From positions 64,001-128,000 of the IMG/VR virus record IMGVR_UViG_3300027987_000382: a DNA stretch of 64,000 nt. One strand, 5' to 3'. Below, piece by piece: positions 30,701 through 38,591 of this stretch; the stretch's first letter is position 1, and each line of letters opens with the position of its first letter. The notes beneath the pieces are model-generated. The model did no database searches. It was given only the letters and a program-made list of their open reading frames with translations, and was not told the DNA's origin. The stretch comes from a virus. The position numbers and the translations under genes are program-made.

Positions 30701-31890
30701 TCACAGTTACCAAATCCGGAAGTCTACCAGGCGATGTCATTTACACCGTCACATTTGGCGGTGCGTCTGGTGGCCAGGATTGGGAAGAATTGGTTCCTGA
30801 CACAACCAATTTGGTTGGTGGTTCGAACTACGCAGACACCGCCGGTATTGCCTACAATGCCGCCGCTGCAGCAGTCAAGTCCGCAATCGTGACCGCAGCT
30901 TCTTGGCTTTCTGACACCGACATCAATGTAACATCAATTCCGGATTTGCCAGAAGGGATGTTCCAATGGATCGTCGAGTGGACCGGTGCATACAAGAGGA
31001 TGGATATTCCTCGTATGCAAGCCGATCCTAGCGGCTCGCAGCTGACAGGTGCACCGATCATTATCGAAGAAGAGGTGAAAGGATCTGGCTCCAACGAGCG
31101 TCAGCGTCTACAGATTCTCCGTGCCACTGGCGGATCGTTCAGAATCACCATCACAATCGGCGGTAAATCGGATACGACCACGCCAATTCCGTGGAATACG
31201 ACAGCCGCAGGTCTCGAAGCTCAACTTCTACAGCTGATGTTCTTCGATACTCCTGGCCAGTTGTCAGTCGTCGATGAATACCCATCGAGTCTACCACCGT
31301 CTCCAATCAATTCGTCTTATATCGTTGTCTTCCAGAAGATCTTCGGCGATGTCCCGCCCATGGTCGCCGATTTCCAAGAGACATTGCTCTGCAACCCAAT
31401 AATTCTGCCGATCGTCGATCCAGGCCCGTACCCGTACCCACTACCAGAATGCGATGATTTGAGCGACATTTCTTGCCAATCTGGACCGCTCCTTTGCAAG
31501 CCGGGTGAAGGAGACGAGCCGATCCCAGAGATCGATTGCTGCGACAACGAGACAATCACGTCTTCCGCCAATTTCTCCAGACGGATTCAAATCGAACGAG
31601 ACCTATTCGATCCGAACAGAAAAGTCAACGGCAAACGATTGACACTCCGAGATCTAGCATTGATCAAGGGGTTGAAGATCAGCGAATATACACCATACGT
31701 GAGGAATTGGAATCTCGGCACTCTGAAAGAAACTTCTTGGACGACCGAGATCTATACGAAACAGAGTTTTGTGTTGATCGAGAATAATCTCGATACGACG
31801 AGAGGACGGCAGAGGATTCTCGGCCATCTCGCCGGTCATCGAGAGATTCTACCAGCACGATTCGTCTGGCCAGAAGGAAATTTCACATAG
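24799..31890 (+). CDS. 2363-aa multidomain virion/adhesin-like protein (vWA, CBM-like modules, LDLR-B/YWTD beta-propeller, NEvQ repeats)
   Basis: MIDAS DNSGS and TDE; IYW/IYV...xLDGS repeats; NxxFE-type beta modules separated by Cys-rich linkers; six N/TExQ-type repeats, most followed by GGTF...IxxNA. Confidence 0.8.
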   Translation: MATGTVKDPFEDYKRPICGEFVEIGQPTFAELIWAREVLTRATSGPDPDVATALRIIAYSKGPVELPEMRKKKSFHAIPPPVASEAAAAKYAVNARNNAKAYKQKVKGLGIAKTSVEFRKLVANDPEILSGDPELLNPLGLEDCVMLSGGGFGGITPIITPTGCPPSECVVDAVFSIDNSGSMGQSITNVKNGANQMASLISTVANGSYRFALTRFGQGQNNGNLDVLLDMTNRNCGNITEFQTAVNTMNASGSTEPWHQQLLQVQGNAGLRWTFREESNARIIFTITDESGNVTTADTLAAASKLGSCNIRWVLIWTGLINPYNQTFPNRTADGFSNEGQFFDAIAKRTGGTWVWAPRGTDIVPLMTSFIFSVCASAGELAECPGGVDKILNGRFETSIANWNNLSTLPRTISWNSGFQSLELNGAAGQKVTGLTPGDIAIMSFDVWVETTPSAAKADAPLVPLSGPACPAGYSLLDEDDWTGGNTSLQGWDGSGAIVETGAMKFATINEGGGTGSLTDKLILTASDKIKTSNPDGTGLTDLLTGSGNARDLDVDTVQKHIYWMEINQAGGTENAIYRANFDGSGITKIKDVVYSLGLFVESTTPSYIYYGEASGSFRIRRMDLDGTNEITIATSPRRVVRLQVDKDNGYIYWVGSSSASNGSVYRCNLDGSNLIVIIDETSQPKMANARGIAVDKANGKIYVATATDLLWMNLDGSGFADIGDTGGAGDDVWIDPVAGRLYVADGGTDTVFKYRLDGSNRQQLFPTSTANFSGVTRLAANAGYVTKTSTGLTPGDDFRFAVDFQAIGGSGTVAIQLFDGAVLLAEKTGITIAAIENISATVPASGQITAVIRAIPNPTFSMSIRVSSTSFCVSGAVGGSGGLLKYKLRNNSGIVLTEDSVTDSDLQPPGVANAQRFDLFTTIGIDGTIEVFFTAEDGDDVDFYIDNCLLCILKEDDCGPGTRNLVLNPNFESGVEFWDDSTNTPISPTDDPNVWDDLLNAIIVSITGEREVRTTINDLKPGANYSVNFELTSFEPEVIGTLEFIYGVLDSSDVVIIQATKLRSEVNPPERLQIDFVAPANGIARIFFKGGITSGVAKIRNVLCCERSGECEPGYTKLSFNDFSTGRGAWAGGTYDAVNQLMTLGATGGGNDILSQTFAALDPGSTIQISLNVLNSPGGVGVFQVEFHSDGIIDQFNTGGTPGIKSFSSIVQDSGLVLIRIKNLSAFAANLDDILVCVQNAPPCDGSITNLEVLVEWDGIPRKPTNLFNAIVRYTIRDPNDPFSISTVTHIPTDEGALGLASCDLWKQQGQGGAPQNGILAFGMTPSLAATIDNGDFASVATRTNWVWSIPDTGGIQDTLSIAFPDPPEGLIESVEVFLLMNHVTPSGSDSSPVHPAPLLCTPDLASELTVSIRYINSQNLQREFTKKINKNDVWQQNADFTVGLPWDTDTPLGNGLKGSSARWESWEFVLDDVDGKGLDQCTTALFFTATGQGVLTFPEFGFKNSKARFVDACLAEILITGLSAGSAVNEVQSIVLPNPSGGTWTLTFDFGTVETTATIPWNASATMVRNKLAALPNIGSNNNVSVTGTGTQADPFLVTFKGTLGATDHKLLVANGSGLTGASTAFVTTITDGTINERQTITRNSSTVTADLLITFGGQTTVPLAYNRSLNEAQSALEGLSSIGAGNVTVSGDVTDRDAPYTGPLRVDFINALGGQNVSLMTVSPASLYTVTQDWMGGVPPAGGVNEKQEVTVEAFGGTFVLRVFDIGGTAPDIIVNTVQDGGNTNVDIYDIEFGGTLAGQDITACRGLFFSPSGAWNAEVSTVRNGAAGTDPITEIQRYSLIWSSGFTTGSWDIRNISGECNIDPIFSSIQGLLLTDLTKGVNQSSIIKGDLETASAITVGDLTVTNVQLAGSLNEIQTITITGNPTSGTFTLTIAGETTAPIPYNATATQVQNALNSLMALAGVTVTKSGSLPGDVIYTVTFGGASGGQDWEELVPDTTNLVGGSNYADTAGIAYNAAAAAVKSAIVTAASWLSDTDINVTSIPDLPEGMFQWIVEWTGAYKRMDIPRMQADPSGSQLTGAPIIIEEEVKGSGSNERQRLQILRATGGSFRITITIGGKSDTTTPIPWNTTAAGLEAQLLQLMFFDTPGQLSVVDEYPSSLPPSPINSSYIVVFQKIFGDVPPMVADFQETLLCNPIILPIVDPGPYPYPLPECDDLSDISCQSGPLLCKPGEGDEPIPEIDCCDNETITSSANFSRRIQIERDLFDPNRKVNGKRLTLRDLALIKGLKISEYTPYVRNWNLGTLKETSWTTEIYTKQSFVLIENNLDTTRGRQRILGHLAGHREILPARFVWPEGNFT

Positions 31891-31899
31891 AGGCCACCC

Positions 31900-32169
31900 A
31901 TGTCATTTCAAGACATCAAAATTCACCGCGATTTTCAGGTCATCAATGACTTCGTGCAGATCCCTCCCAACAATGAGACGGATAAGACGCGAGTCACACC
32001 AACTGAAGCACTGTCGCTCATTGCTGGATCGGAACAAAAGCATCTCTCGCTCGGTTCCGGACGGCCACGCGGATCGAAGGCTGGTCAGCAATCGTTCATT
32101 CGCCTGCCTGGTATCAGCCCGAATGAATGGTACGCAACCGATCCTGTCGATGACGTCGCAGGTGCCTAA
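31900..32169 (+). CDS. hypothetical protein
   Basis: 89 aa, GAGG RBS. Confidence 0.65.
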   Translation: MSFQDIKIHRDFQVINDFVQIPPNNETDKTRVTPTEALSLIAGSEQKHLSLGSGRPRGSKAGQQSFIRLPGISPNEWYATDPVDDVAGA

Positions 32170-32507
32170 TGTCCTGCCGCCGTAGCAAAGTCTTGGCGGA
32201 GCATACGGCAGTCGACAAGGACAAGAAACCGCTTTACGCGATGTTCTGGTTTTGGTGTCCCGGCTGCAACGAAGCCCACGCATATGCGGCCAAAATCAAA
32301 GGAGTTGAGCCTCCTCCGAATAGGCCGATGTGGACATTCGATGAGAACATGGATGCCCCAACCTTCACCCCAAGCCTTCGGATCATCAGTGAAGAACGCC
32401 CCTGCCATCTCTTCGTCAAGAACGGGCATATTCAGTATTGTGGCGATTGTTTCCACGAGCTGAAGGGGAAGATAGTTCCGATGGTAGAGATACCGGATTG
32501 GATATGA
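32169..32507 (+). CDS. DUF6527-like small metal-binding phage protein
   Basis: FWCPGCxxxH, WTFD...PTFTPS, CHLFV..G.IQYCGDCxH. Confidence 0.75.
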   Translation: MSCRRSKVLAEHTAVDKDKKPLYAMFWFWCPGCNEAHAYAAKIKGVEPPPNRPMWTFDENMDAPTFTPSLRIISEERPCHLFVKNGHIQYCGDCFHELKGKIVPMVEIPDWI

Positions 32508-32638
32508 ACCAGAACCCATTACAACCACCAGAAAATCCTAATTGGTGGGTAATTAGTGGTGTCATCATTACTGTCGCCGGGGTGGTGAAAGCCATTCACT
32601 ATCTTCTGACGCACGTCGATGTCACTTGGAGATTCTAG
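32504..32638 (+). CDS. small membrane peptide
   Basis: 44 aa, one hydrophobic helix, ATGA overlap with the upstream gene. Confidence 0.55.
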   Translation: MNQNPLQPPENPNWWVISGVIITVAGVVKAIHYLLTHVDVTWRF

Positions 32639-32686
32639 ATTCCACAGATTAACCACTTCGGCGATTTCGATTCAGATCCGCAAGCT

Positions 32687-33283
32687 TTGGCGGCCAGAGA
32701 AGCGGCGAATGCGAATTCATCTTGTGATTTCGACATGTGGCTGATCGATCAGCTAGAGTTGTCAGACAATCCCGTGGTACTGGATCTCGGATGCGGGTCG
32801 GGAAGACATATCAAACAAATCAAAAAGCGACACCCAGGTGCGACAGTAATTGGTGTCGATCTGAACCCAGGCCAAGATATTATTGTATCTTCTTTCGAAG
32901 AGTACGTTCCGGACCGGACTTTTGAGACGATCTTTTCATCGTACGCACTTTACTACGCTGAGAACATGATCGAACTCATTGAAAGGCTGCTTGGGTATAC
33001 CCGTATGATGTTCGTATGCGGGCCAGCGAAAGGTACGAATCAAGAATTGGCTGATATTGGCATCATCCCTCCAGTCCCTGACTTCATTTCAGCAGAAGAA
33101 ATCGCTCAATTAGAAGCTCGATGCTCGAGTCTTGAGCAAGTGCGTCTTGATAACACCGTATTGTTTACAGAGGGATCGTTTGAATCATGGTGGCATAACC
33201 ACAATGCCTATGATCCAAACGTCGAATTTATCAGACCACTGTCAATGAGTAAGAAAACGCTCGGGATCAGAATGCATGCGTAA
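32687..33283 (+). CDS. class I SAM-dependent methyltransferase (start uncertain, possibly ATT 32639)
   Basis: VLDLGCGSG, IGVD, YALYY. Confidence 0.8.
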   Translation: MAAREAANANSSCDFDMWLIDQLELSDNPVVLDLGCGSGRHIKQIKKRHPGATVIGVDLNPGQDIIVSSFEEYVPDRTFETIFSSYALYYAENMIELIERLLGYTRMMFVCGPAKGTNQELADIGIIPPVPDFISAEEIAQLEARCSSLEQVRLDNTVLFTEGSFESWWHNHNAYDPNVEFIRPLSMSKKTLGIRMHA

Positions 33284-33884
33284 GGTGCTATTTGTGGGGG
33301 CACATGTTGATGACATCGAACTTGGATGCGGCGGGACGCTGCATAAGCACCAAGATTGGGACTGTCACTGTCTGACCATATCGAAACACAGTTTCTCTCC
33401 GCTTGGGAAAGATGGTCCAAACCCAGATATATGGAAATCACAAGTCGCCGCATTGAAACATCTTGGCGATCCGCCTTTGGAGTTGTACAGCCATCGGACC
33501 AACTTTCTCGAAGAGGAAAGAAACGCTGTCTATCAGACTCTGAAAAACGCGGCTGAGAAATTCGCTCCAGATTGGGTCTTCGTTAATCATCCAGACGATC
33601 ACCAAGACCACGGCACTGTCTACCGAGAAGCCGTCAGGGCATTTTACGATTCATCTCTGATCTGCTACCCAATCTCAAGCAGCACTCAGAACTTTGAAGC
33701 CAATTATTATGAGGTCCTTCCGGACGATTCTGTAGAAGCGAAAATAGCTTCTCTACGAGAGTACGGAATGTATAAAGACAAGCCGTACTTTAAAAATGCG
33801 AGAGAACATCTCATCGCTGCGGGGACGTACCTCAGACAAGGACCGACAGAAGTTTTCAGGATTGTGAAACTAATCGAGCCTTAG
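33276..33884 (+). CDS. PIG-L/LmbE-family N-deacetylase
   Basis: AHVDDIELGCGG and HPDDHQDH motifs. Confidence 0.88.
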   Translation: MRKVLFVGAHVDDIELGCGGTLHKHQDWDCHCLTISKHSFSPLGKDGPNPDIWKSQVAALKHLGDPPLELYSHRTNFLEEERNAVYQTLKNAAEKFAPDWVFVNHPDDHQDHGTVYREAVRAFYDSSLICYPISSSTQNFEANYYEVLPDDSVEAKIASLREYGMYKDKPYFKNAREHLIAAGTYLRQGPTEVFRIVKLIEP

Positions 33885-34501
33885 ACGTCGAACCGCACTT
33901 CGACCCATTCGAATCCGAGTTTCTCGAGGTACTCGAGAGCTTTGTCTCCAATCTCTGGCCCGGCAAGATAGCCACGTGCTGACTCGAAGGTTTCGACGTA
34001 CTTTCGCAGCTGGCCACAATCAGTGACGGTAGCTTTCCGTCTCTTCACCTCAATGACGTGCTTGGTTTCATCAAATTCTGTTCCAAGCAGGTCAATCGGG
34101 CCGTGTTCTGTCTGAACTTCGGTTTCAATGCTGAAACACTCAATGTCGAAGTAATCTGGCCAGTTCCAAAAGAGCTTTTGTACCAACTCTTTTTCTGTTC
34201 GCCGCAATCTGACTTCGTCCTCGGACCAGCCATCCATCTCGCGGTAGAACAGAACCTCATCGACTATTACTTCTATCGTCTCACCATGTCTGGTAAAGGC
34301 AAGGCGTCCACATTCGACACTGCCTTCCATTTCTGTTCCCGCTCCCATATAGTTGCGTGGAGGTATCAGAGAGCCGCCATGGACAGATACGCTTCCGTCG
34401 TTCTTCCTTAGCAGAAGAAAGCTTCCTGGACCAAGGAGGCCCAGAGCCCGGCCATCATAGCGGACGGAGCCGGAAAAGTACAAGGAGAAGCTTTCAGACA
34501 T
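33881..34501 (-). CDS. nucS: NucS/EndoMS-family endonuclease
   Basis: V.YDGRA, LLLRKNDGSVSVH...PRNY, EKEL, GPIDLL, VIEVKRR, QLRKYV, RGYLAGPEI. Confidence 0.85.
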   Translation of the reverse strand: MSESFSLYFSGSVRYDGRALGLLGPGSFLLLRKNDGSVSVHGGSLIPPRNYMGAGTEMEGSVECGRLAFTRHGETIEVIVDEVLFYREMDGWSEDEVRLRRTEKELVQKLFWNWPDYFDIECFSIETEVQTEHGPIDLLGTEFDETKHVIEVKRRKATVTDCGQLRKYVETFESARGYLAGPEIGDKALEYLEKLGFEWVEVRFDV

Positions 34502-34537
34502 GCCTTATCTACAAACATACCTGCGGAGGATCAAAAG

Positions 34538-34900
34538 ATGCGGAAAGAACATGTTTGGAATGCTGTTTTGGCGGCCATCGCAACAGCCCTATTGGGTATT
34601 GTTGGATGGCTATCGCTGTCTGTTATCCATCTGCAGAACCAGCAAGCGGCAGAAGACGCCGAGAAGAAACTACGAGCAGACATCACCGACGTGATGAATG
34701 ATGTCGACAAAAGACTCGCAGTAATCGAAGCCTTGATGCGAAGAGACCCGATATCGCCATCGGTGTTGCCGTCGCCGCCGACTACAGCTTCGCCGAACAT
34801 CTTCAGCGACGACCCAGAACCATCGCCAGAACCGCCATCGCCACAGATACCGCTCCCTCGTTATGACTTACGGGAGCAACAGAAGCTTCCGGACAACTAG
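34538..34900 (+). CDS. membrane-anchored coiled-coil protein with Pro-rich tail
   Basis: N-terminal TM helix, heptad segment, GGAGG RBS. Confidence 0.7.
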   Translation: MRKEHVWNAVLAAIATALLGIVGWLSLSVIHLQNQQAAEDAEKKLRADITDVMNDVDKRLAVIEALMRRDPISPSVLPSPPTTASPNIFSDDPEPSPEPPSPQIPLPRYDLREQQKLPDN

Positions 34901-35154
34901 CCGCCGTCCTGGTCTGCAGCCGCAGCTTGAGCAGCAAAGTTCACCGGATCGTTCGGCCGGTACTTGAGCTTGGCGATTTTGAACACAGTGCGACAAATTA
35001 AGTATGTCACGGCCGCCACTGTAAGACAGACGATAAGAATTCTGGTGACGTCGCTTGGGGCTGTCGCCGCCAAAATCGTGTTGACCAGACCGGTGACGGT
35101 CGTCAACCAAAGTTCCGTTGTCTTGAATCCCGGATTGTTGGTGTCGTCTGTCAT
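34897..35154 (-). CDS. small 2-TM holin-like protein
   Basis: PGFKTTELW followed by two hydrophobic helices and basic residues. Confidence 0.55.
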   Translation of the reverse strand: MTDDTNNPGFKTTELWLTTVTGLVNTILAATAPSDVTRILIVCLTVAAVTYLICRTVFKIAKLKYRPNDPVNFAAQAAAADQDGG

Positions 35155-37004
35155 GCTCCCGCCTGCTTCGCTTTTCTTGAGTCAAGCAATGCCTTAGTTT
35201 TGGCTGCAGCACGCTTGAGCTTGTCTGTTGGAATAGTACCTCCAGCACGAGCAACCGCCTGTTCCATTTTCTGCTGGCTTGGTTTTTGGCCGGTCAATGC
35301 CCACCAAAGGAGAAAAGCCTCTTGAGTGTTAAGTGCTGGTTTGGCAGAAATCTCTTTGAGCTTTTGGATGACCGGACTAGTTTGTTGTGGTTGGGGCGTC
35401 GGGGTCTCGAGTGGTGCCACCTCAAGTGGTTCCGGCTCTAGATCAGGCTGCCCGGCCTGTGTTGGTAATGTGGTAGTTGGTCTTGGTGCTGGTGTTGGTG
35501 TTCGCGTTTGTGCCGCTTCAGGTGCAGCTCCCAGCCCAGCAGCATCAGGAGGCGTTTCTGGTTCGGCCGGTGCTTCGATCTGATTGAACTGATGCTTCTT
35601 GTTGCCGTGATTGAAGAGTTTGAATGCCTTTTTCAGCGTGTCAGCCGCCTGATTGTAAGTTGCCAGTGCCTGCTGATCACCAGCTTCAGCCTTTGGCTTC
35701 AGTTTTTTCCATTGATCATACGTTTGAATAATTTGGTCCGGTGTCAGACCATTCGCGGATAGTGCTGCTTGGAATTTTTGTCGAATGTTGTCCGACAGAA
35801 TCTGAACAGCGAGTTTAGCGGCCCGCTCGTTCGTGGCAGCTGCTCCCGAAGCCGCCAACTGCTGCTGAGCATAGGCCGGATTCGACGCCATGTTTTTGGC
35901 TGTCTGAATTCCGCCACCGATGCGATTAGCAAGTCCTCCTAAGGCTCCCTTTAGACGTCCAAGAAGGCCGCCTTGTTCGGCTTCTGTCAGGGCTGGGATT
36001 GATGTACTGTGTTCGCGACCAATCTTCATCAGCATAAGATTGGCGATGAGCCCGATATTCCTGCAAACCGCCTGCTCGCACATGAGGTCCATCGCTAGTT
36101 CGCGGACGATGTCCTCACCTTTGAGCCTCTTGGCGGTTTGTTCATATTCTGGCGACCCAGGTAACGCCAAGCCTGGAGGTTTGGCGATCTGGCTTTGTGG
36201 CGTCACAATCGGACTTTGTGGTGCTTGTGGTGCCGCTTGTGGTGCCGCTTGTGGTGCCGCTTGTGGTGCCGCCGGAGCTGTCGGCTGCGTCTGTTCGGGT
36301 TGAGCTGCACCAGCCGCCTTTCTCGCTTTGATATCCTCCAACCTTTTGAGCAATTGTCCCAACCGCTCACGATGACTGCCTTGTGTCGTTGGCTGTTGCC
36401 GCTGTGCACCACCAAGTAGTTGTTGAAGCAAACCCTGCTGTTGCTGCGGCTGCTGCGGCTGGACTGGTTGTGCTCCGTTCTGACCTTGCGGTTGCTGAGC
36501 CTCGGCCTGAGCTGCCTGCTGCCCGCCACTGAGGATGTCCTGCTGGACTTGTTGCTTTACAGCCGTCTTTGATTCTTGATCGACACCGCCGAATGCCCCA
36601 AACAGTGATTCCCACCAGTCGGCGTTCGTGTCGTCGAGAATCGATCCTTGGAGTTGTCCGGCCTGTTTGATCAGATTGTTGATCTGCTGGCTGCTCCCGC
36701 TCGGGGCCATAATCGAGAGCAGTGTCTCGAGATCGCCACCTGGTCCTGGAGTCAGAGCTGAGCGTAATTTTGCGAGACCGGTCTTGAAGAGTTCTCCGAG
36801 AGCACCTTCGCTCAATACATTACTATCCAGTACGGATTCGACGAATATGTAAGGTATTGGGCGTGGTTCGCGATAGACGCGGCCGTTCCCGGCTTTGATT
36901 CTGACGATTGTGTTTTCAACCACGACTGGACGCATTCCATCCAGCATCAAACGAAGCTGGAGGAAGTATGGGTCGTCCAGGGTTGTGATCTTAGCCAGTT
37001 TCAT
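35151..37004 (-). CDS. Q/A/P-rich low-complexity protein, possibly virion-internal
   Basis: 617 aa, poly-Q and APQA repeats, several hydrophobic-x-E sites. Confidence 0.7.
   Translation of the reverse strand: MKLAKITTLDDPYFLQLRLMLDGMRPVVVENTIVRIKAGNGRVYREPRPIPYIFVESVLDSNVLSEGALGELFKTGLAKLRSALTPGPGGDLETLLSIMAPSGSSQQINNLIKQAGQLQGSILDDTNADWWESLFGAFGGVDQESKTAVKQQVQQDILSGGQQAAQAEAQQPQGQNGAQPVQPQQPQQQQGLLQQLLGGAQRQQPTTQGSHRERLGQLLKRLEDIKARKAAGAAQPEQTQPTAPAAPQAAPQAAPQAAPQAPQSPIVTPQSQIAKPPGLALPGSPEYEQTAKRLKGEDIVRELAMDLMCEQAVCRNIGLIANLMLMKIGREHSTSIPALTEAEQGGLLGRLKGALGGLANRIGGGIQTAKNMASNPAYAQQQLAASGAAATNERAAKLAVQILSDNIRQKFQAALSANGLTPDQIIQTYDQWKKLKPKAEAGDQQALATYNQAADTLKKAFKLFNHGNKKHQFNQIEAPAEPETPPDAAGLGAAPEAAQTRTPTPAPRPTTTLPTQAGQPDLEPEPLEVAPLETPTPQPQQTSPVIQKLKEISAKPALNTQEAFLLWWALTGQKPSQQKMEQAVARAGGTIPTDKLKRAAAKTKALLDSRKAKQAGA
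36225..36272. repeat. 12-bp tandem repeat x4 (TTGTGGTGCCGC; encodes AAPQ on the minus strand)
   Basis: Four perfect copies. Confidence 0.9.
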
Positions 37005-37028
37005 ACTCTATCTTTGCGGATCTGGACA

Positions 37029-37460
37029 ATGAAGTTTCCCATCATGGTGCTCACCTACGGTGCTTTCGGAGCAGACCAGAAGAAATTGTATATCTACGAA
37101 AGCGAAGGGGTACCTCTATTTCCAGCTTTCCACGATCCTGTGGTTGCAGCACAATTCCAAGCAGCACATCAAAAGATCATCGCGGAGCATGGGGACGAGC
37201 GGCGTCTTACGCTTCAGGTCTGCAAAGAACCGAAGTACATGCGAGACATGATGGTCGTCATGATGTCCATCGCTCCGGACGTCACTACAATAATTTTTGA
37301 CCCGTCTCCGCCAGAGGGCCTTTCTCAGAAGGCGATGAAGGCTGGGGTCAAGCCCCAAGATAGGCAGCGATCATTTGAAGACGTGATTCAAGAATTGGAG
37401 GATTCTTTGTCCACCAAATCGCCGTCAAATGCGGAGAAATCGTCAGAGCACTCGAAGTAG
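37029..37460 (+). CDS. hypothetical protein
   Basis: GGA RBS before ATG 37029. Confidence 0.6.
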   Translation: MKFPIMVLTYGAFGADQKKLYIYESEGVPLFPAFHDPVVAAQFQAAHQKIIAEHGDERRLTLQVCKEPKYMRDMMVVMMSIAPDVTTIIFDPSPPEGLSQKAMKAGVKPQDRQRSFEDVIQELEDSLSTKSPSNAEKSSEHSK

Positions 37461-37535
37461 ACTGGTTCTTTTCTCTTCTGGCCATCTACTATCACGATGG
37501 TCGGCTCCTCGATATCGTCAAGCGAGATCTCTTCT

Positions 37536-38561
37536 TCAACTTGAGATGACTTTGTCGAGTTGTCGTCTATTCCAGACACGGTGTTCGATCTTCCTCTGTT
37601 CATTCGAGAACGTCATGTGAAGATTGTCGTATTCGTCTACGCACATTGATGGGTATCCACCAACATCGCCGATCACACAGATCTTTTGGACACTCGGAAC
37701 TCTGTCCTTAAACGCGATCTCGCCTAATGTTAGGTTTCGGCGGCTGATCTTGTCGGTGTCATTCCATAATAACAGATCACGGCCCGCCCATTGGATAGCG
37801 TGCAATGAACTATTTCTGTTCGGGATTTTAGTCGGTCGTGGTGAAGACCAGCTTTCTCCGAAATCATCAGAGTAGCAATATCGGCACGCAGTTTCGTTGG
37901 TACCGAAATTTCTGCTGAGCGAGTGGACCCGGTTATCTGTCTTCCACAAGGTCGGCTGAATCATGTCCTGCCCAATCGATCCAACACGCATCGTGTGCAT
38001 CGTCTGGTCCAGCACTCTTGTGGTCGATTTGTCAACGATCCTGATCTTATAGATGACGCCGGATCGTGCTAACTCATCATATAAAGGCAGTAAATAATCG
38101 GTTCTGCATCCGATTGTCCCGTAGTGAATGGGGTTACAACGCCCAAGGAGGTGCTGGTCAGGGAATGCTAATTGCCTTGGTTCGGCGACAAATTCGATTC
38201 CGTTATTGAGGACCACCTCCTGTATCCAAAGACTACAGAACCTCCAGCGGTCAACGATGCGGCGTACATCGCCGGTGTCTTCGAACTTGGACCAGATAAG
38301 ATAGGCTTGTGTGCCGTGCGACCAAATCACAGGATTGCCAGTTTTGTCGCCGATTCTCACGGCTTCGGAGTATGTGCCATCGTCCTTGCTGAATGTGACG
38401 TACACGCTTTGATCGTCGCGGCATTCACCTGTTCCGGAATACCAGGCCAAAAGCACCCCTCCACGAAACGGACAAACAGAAGAGCAGTGATTGAACCTCC
38501 CGGCCCCAACTTCGTGTCGGCGGCTAGTCGCGAAGATACTACGGATGATTCTTCGGAGCAT
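37536..38561 (-). CDS. BNR/Asp-box sialidase-like beta-propeller glycoside hydrolase
   Basis: HCSS...LLAWYSG.GE, GNPV, IQPT, Asp-box YSDDFGESWS, PNRNS, GYPS. Confidence 0.82.
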   Translation of the reverse strand: MLRRIIRSIFATSRRHEVGAGRFNHCSSVCPFRGGVLLAWYSGTGECRDDQSVYVTFSKDDGTYSEAVRIGDKTGNPVIWSHGTQAYLIWSKFEDTGDVRRIVDRWRFCSLWIQEVVLNNGIEFVAEPRQLAFPDQHLLGRCNPIHYGTIGCRTDYLLPLYDELARSGVIYKIRIVDKSTTRVLDQTMHTMRVGSIGQDMIQPTLWKTDNRVHSLSRNFGTNETACRYCYSDDFGESWSSPRPTKIPNRNSSLHAIQWAGRDLLLWNDTDKISRRNLTLGEIAFKDRVPSVQKICVIGDVGGYPSMCVDEYDNLHMTFSNEQRKIEHRVWNRRQLDKVISS

Positions 38562-38591
38562 CGAAGCCTCCTCGGATTTGGAAGCGTGTCA

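Noticed and set aside
38172-38591. N-terminal extension of the HNH ORF (also long 5' extensions of ORFs 21017, 18753, 46185, 57269)
   Set aside because: Most overlap better-supported genes, and downstream starts, usually with an RBS, fit the domain boundaries.
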